From: Eledone cirrhosa | Taxonomy: Eukaryota | Direction of reading: 5' to 3' | Assembly: GCA_964016885.1 (NCBI GenBank) | Contig: OZ024741.1 | Location: 223,200,001-223,264,000 of the forward strand | Length of the DNA: 64,000 bases | Part shown: piece by piece, positions 19,711 through 29,997 of the stretch | Numbering within the stretch: the first letter of the stretch is position 1 | Layout of the letters: each line of letters starts with the position of its first letter | Translations under genes and position numbers: made by a program | Notes under the pieces: generated by a model | The model's input: only the letters and a program-made list of their open reading frames with translations | The model's database searches: none | What the model was told of the DNA's origin: nothing

Positions 19711-20120
19711 GATGTTTAAGCACTAGTAAGACATGCGGTGTGGGCAAGAATACAGTGTTGCTTGAGGCCAACACACGTACCACCGCCGAAACATTGCCCT
19801 CAAATAGTTTCAGGTTGGCTCTGCCCCAGAGACATTTCGTGCTGACGGAAGTCAACCGTGGGCTCTGTGTCAGCAATGGTTGGCAGCATGAGAGGGCCGA
19901 GAAGCTTGCAGGCAAAGAGTCGCAGAAAGATGGACACTGTTAATGCTTCGGTCGTGGGAGTGCAGCTTTGTGAATCCTGGTGATGACTCTCCATGGCTGC
20001 TTGAGGCAGGCGAACACCACCAGGGCCTCGCCTGAATTGAGCAGGTTTGGAGCCCTGTTGTGCCGGGTGCCTGTGACATTGAGGTGGATAGGCATGGCAG
20101 GTAGTGCCACTGGTGCAGGG
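19669..20120 (-). mobile_element. Decayed CRE-clade non-LTR retrotransposon fragment (region N-terminal to RT) abutting the array
   Basis: Minus-strand translation WRVITRIHKAA...RANLKLFEGNVSAVVRVLASSNTVFLPTPHVLLVLKHLDPP/PADI resembles the CRE pre-RT motifs (RIPKAAR; KLEEGDxxxAVRxLxS...LxxKHPP). Stops and frameshifts present. Confidence 0.6.
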
Positions 20121-20373
20121 ATTAAATATCACTGATGACGGATAAAAATCCAGAAAAATGTGTCTAATGTTCTCATATGGCTACTGAGATAGCATAGGAT
20201 CACAGCTTAAAACATTTATAGCAAGACTCTTGCATGTTTATTATACATATATGTCTTCATATACACCTCTGTTATGAACCATGTTATGTTAGTGCCACTG
20301 CTAATTAATCCTAGCCAGTCCATCTAGCACCAAATAAAAATAAGCATCCCTAGTCATTATTTCATTTGCACTA

Positions 20374-21565
20374 TAGTGTTGCTAATTTCTTTAAGGACAC
20401 AGCCTTTAATATTTCATTTAATGTGTATTTTTTCACACTTAACTTTTTTCTACCTTGTTCTGATTATCATTTCTTTTCAGACAGATATCAAGCTAACTCA
20501 ATAAATGAAAAGTCATGTGTTAACCATTGCCTTAAAAGTAGACCATAGTGATTTAGAGATTGCTTGCTTCCTGAAAGTTGTACAGCCATTTGTTGTCAAA
20601 GTTTACAAACAGCTGGAAACCACTGACAGAGATTCTCAACAGTTGCCAAATGTAAAACAGTTGCTAAGGGTCCTAATACTATCAGAACACCCAAATTTGT
20701 ACAAAAGATGTAGAAATTTATCAATAAGAACCCCAGAAAGTCAATTAGCACCACTGCTAAGGAGTTCAAGGTTTCAAGGCACACTATCTGAAGAATTGTG
20801 CTTGAGGCCTCTCAAACAAGTTGTATTTGACATGGAGAGGCAAATTCATGTTTGCAAAGACAAAAGCTAACTGTCTGATCTGTGAAAAGTGTCTGATGAG
20901 CAAGTTGAAACAAGAGCCTGAAGTATTTTGGTTTTTCTTTGATGAGAAAAACATTAATTAAGACCAAAAGGTCAATCAAAGGAATCGCAAATAGTTATGC
21001 AGAAACCCTAAACATGTTCCAACAGTCATGCTCACAAAGTTTCTCGGAGTTGTGAGCAATGAGGGAGATGTCATGTCTCCTTACTCCTTTCCTCAGGGCT
21101 TAAAGGTTAATGGTGCTGATTATAGGTTTTGGAGAGGGTTGTGAGGCCTTGGATAGAGAGCACAAGTAAAATAAAACTACACCTACCAACAAGACTCTGC
21201 ACCATCTCATAAGGACACGACAACCCAAGCATGGATGAGTTACAATCCTCACAATAACGTTACCCCAAACATATGGTCTCCTAGCTCTTCAGACCTGAAT
21301 CCAGTGGATTACTAACATCTCTGAAGTTTGGCATCCCTAGAACAATATCCAAAATAGAGACAGATCATCTGATTCGTGCATGTCAACGTTTCAGACCTCA
21401 TATTGAAGCAATTATCAATGCTAATGGCAATTTCATTGAGTTGGTGCATCAAAAAGAGTCTCAAGATTATTCATAACAATTTTTTCTCAAATAAAGTTCT
21501 TGTTTCATGACTTATACATCTTTTGCTAAATTTATGCAAATGTCCCCAAGAAGTGAGCAGCCCTG
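20374..21565 (+). mobile_element. Degenerate Tc1/mariner-superfamily DNA transposon (DD37D/maT-like)
   Basis: Broken transposase with FFFDEK, QKVNQRN, GVVSNEGDVM, YQQDSAPSHK and WSPSSSDLNPVDY motifs. Decayed TIRs (TAGTGTTGCTAATTTCTT.. / ..AAGAAGTGAGCAGCCCTG), each flanked by TA. Confidence 0.85.
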
Positions 21566-21772
21566 TATATGCATGAGTATTCCCTGCTGATGTTTCATAT
21601 GCAAAACAGTATATAAGCTATAGCTTATTCTTGTCCCGATACAAAGTTGAGTAAACATCACAGGTGATGGATAAAAATCCAGAAACACGTCTGACGTTTT
21701 CACGTGGTTACTGAGATAGCTGTGACATAATCACACTTAAGACATTCATAGTGAGTATTGTATTATATATAC

Positions 21773-22008
21773 TATCATCATCATCGTTTTTATGTCCCCT
21801 TTTCCACGCTTGCATGGGTTCAACAGATCTGTCTCAGCACAGCATCTCTCCACACATCGCGATCCTTTGTCATTGCCTCTGTGAGTTTCAGTGATTTCAG
21901 GTCAACTCCCACAAACTCTGCCCAGGTCTTTCTTTGTCTACCTCTACTGCGACTTCCTTCCACTGGCATTTCCTGACACTTCTTCACCCAACGATTATTG
22001 TCCATGCA
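21773..22008 (-). mobile_element. RTE LINE 3' fragment
   Basis: WVKKC..VEGSRSRGRQRKTW..DRDVWR RT C-terminus followed by a (GAT)n tail on the minus strand. Confidence 0.85.
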
Positions 22009-22204
22009 CTCATCATCTTCATTTCATTTTACGTCCGCTATTTCCCTGCTTGCAAGGGTGGGACGAGAACTGATTCTGGCTTGATTTCTACAGCTGGATG
22101 CCCTTCCTAAAACCAATCTCATTTACAGTGAGTGCTGAGTGCTTTTTTGCCGTGGCACCTCCACGACCACTTTGCAGTGGAATGATATGGACCCCAGTCC
22201 CTAT

Positions 22205-22347
22205 CATCTCATTTCTACAGCTGAGTAAACTGGAGCAATGTGAAATAAAGTGTCTCAAGGAAACAACACATCACCCAGTCTGAGAATTGAACTCACAACC
22301 TTTCGATTGCAAGGCCAATGCTCTAACCACTAAGCCATGTGCCTCCA
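22205..22347 (-). mobile_element. tRNA-derived SINE (CORE-like)
   Basis: Minus strand has A box TGGCTTAGTGG, B box GTTCAATTC, then TGTTGTTTCCTTGAGACACTTT. Homologous to 34476-34620. Confidence 0.8.
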
Positions 22348-22614
22348 TATATATGTTTATAATACATAAACATATAGTATATGCCCTCATATTCACCTCT
22401 ATTATGATGCACACTATATTAGTACCACTACTAAGGAAAACATATATGCATATAGGTATCTTGTAACATTGCCTGATCCAGTATTCTCATATACATGGAC
22501 TACATTCTACTTTGTCTATTTATCTCAGGGCTGGATTAACCATTAACCAAAATAAGCACATGCTTAGGGTATCAATGGAAGCAGGGCACCATTTTATTTA
22601 AATTAAATGTATTT

Positions 22615-24432
22615 CATCATCATCATCACCATTTTTTAACGTCTATTTTCCACACTAGCATGGGTTAGACAGGTTTGTCCCATTTGAGGTAAGTGGGTCG
22701 GGTGACCATGTCTTACTCATATATGACTGTTTCTGGCTAGATTTCTACGGCTGGATGCCCTTCCTAACGCCAACCACATTTACAGTGTGGACTGGGTGCT
22801 TTTTGCCGTGTCTCCTACACGACCACTTTACAGTGTGGGCTGAATGTTTTGTGGAACCAACATAACTTTACAGAGTAAGGGTGGTTTGGGTGGAAGTGGG
22901 AGGGTGGTCTAGGGGTGTGGGGATGTATAGTGAATTAAGAGGTGCCTGCTGAGTTTGTGCACAAGGGAAGGTGGGTCTTCTGTATTACTGCATAGCACCA
23001 AAGATCTCGATCCTGTGACATTGTCTTAGAGAGGTGGAAGTGTGCAAGGTCAGCTTTTAGCACCTCGTCTCAGGACTTTCTGGGTTTTCCTACTCCATAG
23101 CTTCCATCAATTTTGATTGCCCTGCACCTTTTTATACAGCTGTCGTCCTTCATACGCATCACATGACTATACCAACACAATCTCCTCTCTAGTATACTGC
23201 ATCTGATCCCTCTTATGCCTAATTTCTCACTTAGTTCATTTACACTTTGCCATTCGTGTATATTACTATTACACATCCATCGAAGCATGCATGCTTCATT
23301 TCTTTCCAATCTGCACACAATGCCCAGGTCTCACTACCATGTAACATCGCTGTTCGTATACAAGCATGATACAATCTACCTTTCATTTTTAGGGAGAAAC
23401 CTTTTGTGGCCAGCAGCAATATTAGCTCTCTGAACTTTTTCCATCCCATTCTTACTCTGGTTACTGTACTTTCAGAGCACCCTTCTCCACTGCTGATTTT
23501 GTCACCCAGGTAATGAAAAGTGTCCACTATTTCTATAGAAGCATCTGGGTAATTGAAGGTATCTTGTGGGCACTTGCTACTTGCTGCCCCTGAGCATTGG
23601 CTACATATAAAACCTACATTCTTTGATAGTCTGCCTGTGAATCCACTACATCTTTTATGTACCCATAGTTCGCATTTGGGACATAGAATGGAATTTCTAC
23701 CTACTCCTTTCCTACACACTGAGCAAGGCCATTTCCCAGAGGGTATCTGTGCCCTATTTTCCTTTCTACATACTAGAACTTTAGTCGTAGACAAGTTAAC
23801 TTTAAGGCCTTTTGATACTAGGCCATGCTTCCAGGTTTGGAATTTCTTCTCTAGTTCTGCCAGAGTTAGATCATCTGCAAATAGAAGTTCCGATGGGCGG
23901 ACAGTCTTAAACTCTCCTGTTATAACTTATAGGGCAATAATAAACAGGAGGGGGCTAAGGACTGAGTCTTGGTGAACACCTACTTTTACACTAAATTCTT
24001 CACTATATTCATTGTTAATTCTAACCTTGCTGACTGTTCCTCTCTACATGGCTTGTATAGCTCTCACAAGCCACTCATCTACTCCTAGTTTTCTAAGAGC
24101 CCACCACCTAATGGAGCGGGGGACTCTGTCAAAGGCTTTTTCCAAGTCAACAAAAGCTAAGTAGAGGGGTTTACTTTTAGCTAGGTACTTCTGTAGTTGC
24201 CTTATGAGGAAGAGAGCATCCGTAGTACTTTTACCTTGCACAAACCCAAACTGCATTTCATTTAGATCAATTTGGTCCCTAGTCAGCTGTGCAATAACTC
24301 TTTCTGTGATCTTCATGACCTTGTCAACTAACTTAATGCCTCTATTGTTTTCTCTATCTAGAGCATCTCCTTTGCCCTTGTAGCAGTTAACGGTGATGCT
24401 GCTAGGCCAGTCATTTGATATGACCCATTCTG
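22615..24432 (-). mobile_element. 5'-truncated RTE-clade LINE (pseudogenised RT)
   Basis: QFGFVQGKSTTDA, AFVDLEKAFDRVPR, FADD, PHD-like CSVC..CPKC..HKRC, LRWM, GKPRKS. (GAT)n tail at 22615; frameshifts. Confidence 0.95.
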
Positions 24433-25227
24433 AATTACTTGGTTTAATATCTGGGTGTCCATGGTAATACAAAAAAAAAAATGTGCAGCCTTTATATATG
24501 ATGTGCATCATAATGTTTTTAATTCAAAAAGACTTAATCCAGCACTGATTTAACCGTGAAGATGGATAAACACTCGCATAAACACGTACACAACATTTGT
24601 CCATGTATGGATAAAAATCAACACACTCAGGAACACACACACATATTAATAGCAAGATATGTGTTTATCCATGTTTCTAATTCACATTAATCTAGAATAC
24701 TCTATCATTTTCAAAAACACCAATTACAATGTCAATATTTATAAGCATAGGGCAGTGGATGGCAAAATCTGTGAAAAGAATTTAGTTACGTACCATTTAC
24801 ATTTGGAGTTCAACTCTATTCTAGGTCGTCCTAGCTTTTTATCCATCCATGGTCAATAAAATAAAATATCAGTCAAGAACTAAGGTTGACTTTAAATTGA
24901 CTGTCATTGATTGAATCCTTGTCACAATAACTGTAGAATTGCACCTTTAGAAATACTGTTGTATAAGGTGTGAGGCCTTTGAGGATGTTTGGTTATTCTA
25001 GCACTTTAGCCACACTATTATCTGTGACAATGCTGAGTGTTGATTTGATTCAAAATTTAAATTATTAGAAGGAAGCTCCACTGCCCCTTATAGCATGTGG
25101 TTCAGTCTTCTCCCCACCTTTTTCTTTTTATTATCCCTCCACCATTTTCTTTTTAGTTGTGTATACATATGTGAAAGAAATATATATAAATGAAGAGCAG
25201 AACTGGAAAAAGAAAGAAGAAAAAAAA

Positions 25228-25262
<35 letters not shown>

Positions 25263-25357
25263 TTATTAAAATAACAGATTAAAGTTTAAGCAAAGAATCG
25301 CTGCTTTCACCCTTAACGGGATCTTTGGATTTTAGTCTTCAAATTTATTATTATTAT

Positions 25358-25760
25358 GGCGGTGGATTGGCAGTATCGGTAGAGGGTTGGACGCCATGCT
25401 TTCCAGCATAGTTACGTCCCTTTACGATCTGAGTTCAAATCCCGCCGAGGTTGACTTTGCCGTTCATCCTTACAGGGTCGATAAAATAAAGTACCAGTAA
25501 TGCACTGGGTAATTGCTGGCCTTGTGCCTAAAGTAGAAACAATTATTATAATATATATATAATATAGGCGGTGGATTGGCAGTACCGGTAGATGGTCGGA
25601 CGCCATGCTTTGACGCATAGAGTTACGGCCCTTGCCATTCTGAGTTCAAATGCCGCCGAGGTTAAATTTGCCTTTCATCCTTACGGGGTTGATAAAATAA
25701 AGTACCAGTAATGCACTGGGTTATTACTGGCCTTGTGCCAAAAGTAGAAACAATTATTAT
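25358..25760 (+). mobile_element. Two tandem copies of a tRNA-related SINE (25358-25548, 25567-25760)
   Basis: GGCGGTGGATTGGCAG head, B box GAGTTCAAATCC, GCCTTTCATCCTT..GATAAAATAAAGTACCAG core and (ATT)n tail. Further copies at 59430-59580 (+) and 61026-61196 (-). Confidence 0.85.
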
Positions 25761-25808
25761 ATATATATATTATTTATTATTATTACTATATATATATATA
25801 TATATATA

Positions 25809-25881
25809 GAAATGGCTTCTACAAGACTAGAACTATTTCATTCGAAGGAAATCATCAGGAAAGCCCTGTAGAAGTCATTTC
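25809..25881 (-). ncRNA. Degenerate minimal hammerhead-ribozyme-like motif inside a 17-bp hairpin (Penelope pLTR relic)
   Basis: Minus strand CTGATGA-tttccttcgaat-GAAA-tagttctag-TC, enclosed by the inverted repeat GAAATGRCTTCTACARG. Confidence 0.45.
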
Positions 25882-25955
25882 TATATTAAATATTTATACT
25901 CTGCTATGTATTGAGTACCTTACTTACTGTGGTTACCCCTGATTGAACCCTGGAT

Positions 25956-26027
<72 letters not shown>

Positions 26028-26031
<4 letters not shown>

Positions 26032-26515
26032 TCATCACTGTTTAACGTCATATTTTCCATGTTTGCATGGGTCAGTCGGAGCATCTACATTATGAGGCAA
26101 GTCTGGCCTGGTGGCTACATCGTACCTTGCTCAAACAGAACTGTATTTTGGCTGGGTTTTTTTACAGCTGGATGTTGTTAACACCAGCCACAGTTCAGTA
26201 TGGGACAGGGTGGTCCCATCATGAGGAGGGTCTGATCAGTTGAGCGCGCTGTACTCCGCTCATATCGGAAACATATTCTGGAAGCCTAGTGGACATGTTA
26301 TGAGAAAGGTCTGTTTTGGCTGGGTTTTTACAGCTGTTGGAGGCCTTTCCTAATACCAACCACTTATGAGGCAAGTCTTTCCAATTGGCCGTACCGTAAC
26401 TTGCTTATACCGGAGCGCATTTCAGCTGGTTTTTTACAGCTACTGGTTCTCCTTAACACCAACCATGTTTACAGTGAGGAACAGGGTGGTCCCGTTATGA
26501 GGAGGGTTTGGCCTG
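26028..26515 (-). repeat. RTE-tail-derived repeat with an internal diverged duplication (26088-26235 vs 26362-26510)
   Basis: TTATGAGGCAAGTCT...ACAGGGTGGTCCC..ATGAGGAGGGT occurs twice; starts with the ATCATC..TTTAACGTC..TTCCATG..TGCATGGG RTE-tail motif. Confidence 0.65.
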
Positions 26516-26715
26516 TTGGTCGTGCCAAATTTTGCGCTTAGCAAGACCTGTTTATATATATTTGTTTATATTTGTGTTTATATTTGTGTTTATATTTGTG
26601 TTTATCAACGACATTATATTTGTATGTATGAATATATATATATGTATATATGTATATAAAGCGATTCCTAGAGCTGAAATGATTGTAAATGACCTCTCTG
26701 AGTCTAAACTCTAAG

Positions 26716-26777
<62 letters not shown>

Positions 26778-26779
<2 letters not shown>

Positions 26780-29560
26780 CATCATCATCATCGTTTAACA
26801 TCCATCTTCCATGCTTGCATGGGTTTGGACGGGAATTTTCCCACTTGAGGCAAGATTGGTTGTCTTGTTCATATAGGACTGTCTGGCGGGTTTTCTATGG
26901 CTGGATGCCCTTCCTAACACCAACCACATTTACAGTGTGGACTGGGAGGTTTTTACCATGTTACCTACATGGCCACATTACAGCGTGGACTGTGTGTTTT
27001 TTTGTCGTGACACCTACACGACCTCATTTGTTTCGGACTGGAAGACTGTGGTACCAACATAACTTTACATTGAAAGGGGTGGTGTGGATGGGGTGGGGGT
27101 AGTAGGATGGGGGTGTATTTTTGTTAGAGGTGCCTACTGACTGTAGGTTCGCTTTGTACTTAGGCAAAGAGGGTCTTCTGTATTACTGTGTAGCGCCAAA
27201 GATCTCGGTCCAGTGACATTGTCTTGGAGAGGTGTAAGTGTGTGAGGTCGGAATTTATCAAGTCGTCCCAGGTTTTTCTGGATCTGCCTACTCCGTGGCT
27301 ACCGTCTATTTTTATCGTCCTGCACTTTTTTTATACAGCTGTCGTCTTTCATGCGCATCACGTGACCGTGCCAACGTAGTCTTCTCTCGAGTAAACAACA
27401 TCTGATCCCTCTTATTCCTAATTTCTCCCTTAGTTCGTTTATGCTTTGCCGTTCACGTATATTACTATTACACATCCAGCGGAGCATGCAAGCTTCGTTC
27501 CTCTCCAGTCTGCGTATATCCTCTGCACTCAATGCCCAGGTCTCACTGCCATGTAACATTGCTGTTCGTATATGCAGGCATCATACAATCTGCCTTTCAT
27601 TTTTAGAGAGAACCCTTTAGCGGCCAATAGTGGTATAAGCTCTCTGAACTTTTTCCATCCTGTTCTCAATGGAATGAGCTAGTATTCTGTGGGCACTTGC
27701 TGCTACTTATTGCACTACAGCACCGGCCACATATAAAATCTATATTCTTAGTTAACTTACCTGTGATCCCACTACATCTTTTATGCACCCATACTTTGCA
27801 TTTGGGACATAAAATGGAGTTTCTGCCTACTCCTTTCCTACACACTGAGCATGGCCATTTCCCAGATGGGACTGGTGCCCTATTTTCCTTCCTACAAACT
27901 AGAACTTTAGTTTTAGACAGGTTAATTTTAAGGCCTTTTGATTCTAGGCCATGCTTCCATGTTTGGAATTTCTTCTCTAGTTCGGCCATTGATTCAGCTA
28001 TGAGCGTTAGATCATCTGCGTATAGGAGTTCCCATGGGCAGCCGGTCTTGAACTCCTCTGTTATAGCCTGAAGGGCAATAATAAATAGGAGGGGGCTAAG
28101 GACGGAGCCCTGATGAACACCAACTTTTACGCTAAACTCTTCACTATATTTGTTGTTAATTCTAACCTTGCTGACTGTTTCTTTATACATGGGTTGTATA
28201 GTTCTCACAAGCCATTCATCAACATCTAGTTTTCTAAGAGCCCACCAGATAATGGAGCGGGGGACTCTGTCAAAGGCTTTCTCCAAGTCAACAAAAGCTA
28301 AGTATAGGGGTTTACTTTTAGCTAGGTACTTCTCCTGCAGTCGTCGTACAATGTAAAGAGCGTCTGTGGTACTTTTACCTGACACAAACCCGAACTGCAT
28401 TTCATCTAGATCAATTCACTCTCTGATTAGTTGCGCTATTACTTTTTCTGTGACCTTCATGACCTGGTTGATTAATTTAATGTCTCGATAGTTACCCCTA
28501 TCTAGGGCATCTCATTTACCCTTGTAGCAGTTAATGATGATGCTGCTACGCCAGTCCTTCGGAACGACCCCATTCTGTATGACTTGGTTTACTATCCGGG
28601 TGACCATAGTGTGTCCCACCGTTCCAGATGCTTTCAGCATTTCAGCAACTATTTCCGAAGGCCCAGCCGCCTTACCTGTCTTCATGTCTTTGATTGCCTT
28701 ACTTATTATACTACCTTCGACTAACACTGCTGGTCCCTCTATTGGATCGATGTGGGGGAGACTGTCTTTCTCCCATTTATTCTTCTCATTTAGTAGCCTT
28801 TCGTAGTGACACTTCCAAGCTATCTTCTTATCAGCATCAGTGATGGCAAGTATGCCATCATCATTAAGGACACACTTCTCCCCGACAATATCACGGTTTT
28901 CCTTGACACATTGCCTAGCAATCCTGAACACCTCACATTTTTGGTCCTCGCGTTGTAGAACATGCTTGAACTTTCTTTCCTCTGCTTCCCTTCTTGCGAA
29001 GTACACTTGTCTCCTAGCTTCCCTCCTGGCCACTTGATAGTCTTCTCTACCTCCCCCATCCCGCCATACTTTCCAAGCCTGCTTTTTGGCCTTAATTGAC
29101 TCCTCCACCTTACTGTTCCACCACCAAGTTACTCTCCTCCTGCCTATAGGCCTGCTCCAGCCACAGACTCCATCTGCCACCTTCAGCTGGTTAGCTTTCA
29201 GGAATTCCCACTGTTCCTCTATATTGTACCACTCTAATTGCTCTTCCTTACTGTCGAAAGCATCAAGTAATATGCTTTTAAATTTATTACTGGCTGTGGG
29301 GTCCTTTAGCTTCCATATTTTTCTCCTGAGGATAGTCCTCCTCTGTTGTCGAGTACGTCTTGTCCTGACTATGAGGTCGTTGACTACGAGTCTATGTTGG
29401 GAGGTGCATTCTTCATGGGGGAGGGATTTAGTGTTTACAACAGTCACTATCACGTCTTCTGGTAAGGATATAATCTATCTGACTAGCGTGTTCCCCTGAT
29501 CTATAGGTGATCAAGTGATTGTCTCATTTTTTGAAGTTAGTGTTACAGATAGTTAGGTTA
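26778..29560 (-). mobile_element. RTE LINE, 5'-truncated within the APE endonuclease
   Basis: APE end (ITYRSG..QIDYIL..QHRLVV), RT (GVHQGSVLSPLLF, YADD), PHD-like finger, roughly 100-bp internal deletion near 27665, (GAT)n tail. Confidence 0.96.
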
Positions 29561-29590
29561 AATATATATATACATATATATGTACAAAGT

Positions 29591-29963
29591 GAAACCTACA
29601 GTCAGTAGGCACCTCTTAACCAAATATACACCCCAACTCCATCCTCCCACTCCCACCAACACCACCCTTTCTCTGTAAAGTTATGTTGGTACCACAACAT
29701 CCAGTCCAAACTAATGAGGTTGTGTAGGTGTCACGACAAAAAACACACAGTCCACGCTGTAATGTGGCTGTGTAGGTAAGACAGTAAAAAGCTCAGTCCA
29801 CACTGTAAATGTGGTTGGTGTTAGGAAGGACATCCAGCCGTAGAAAACCTGTCAGATAGACCTATACGAGCGAGACATGGTCACCCGACCAATCTTGCGT
29901 CAAGTGGGACAATTCCCGTCTAACCCATGCTAACATGGAAGATAGACGTTAAATGATGATGAT
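29591..29963 (+). mobile_element. RTE LINE 3'UTR fragment
   Basis: Matches 31873-32276 directly and 26778-27145 in reverse; ends TAAATGATGATGAT. Confidence 0.9.
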
Positions 29964-29997
29964 ATAATATATATATATATATTATATATATATATAT

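Noticed and set aside
19677-19943. Plus-strand 88-aa ORF continuing the KGYW frame as a unique C-terminal domain
   Set aside because: Better explained as the antisense of the CRE fragment; no recognisable motif.
22526-22592. CAGGGCTGGATTAACC hAT-like terminus
   Set aside because: No matching second TIR or 8-bp TSD found.
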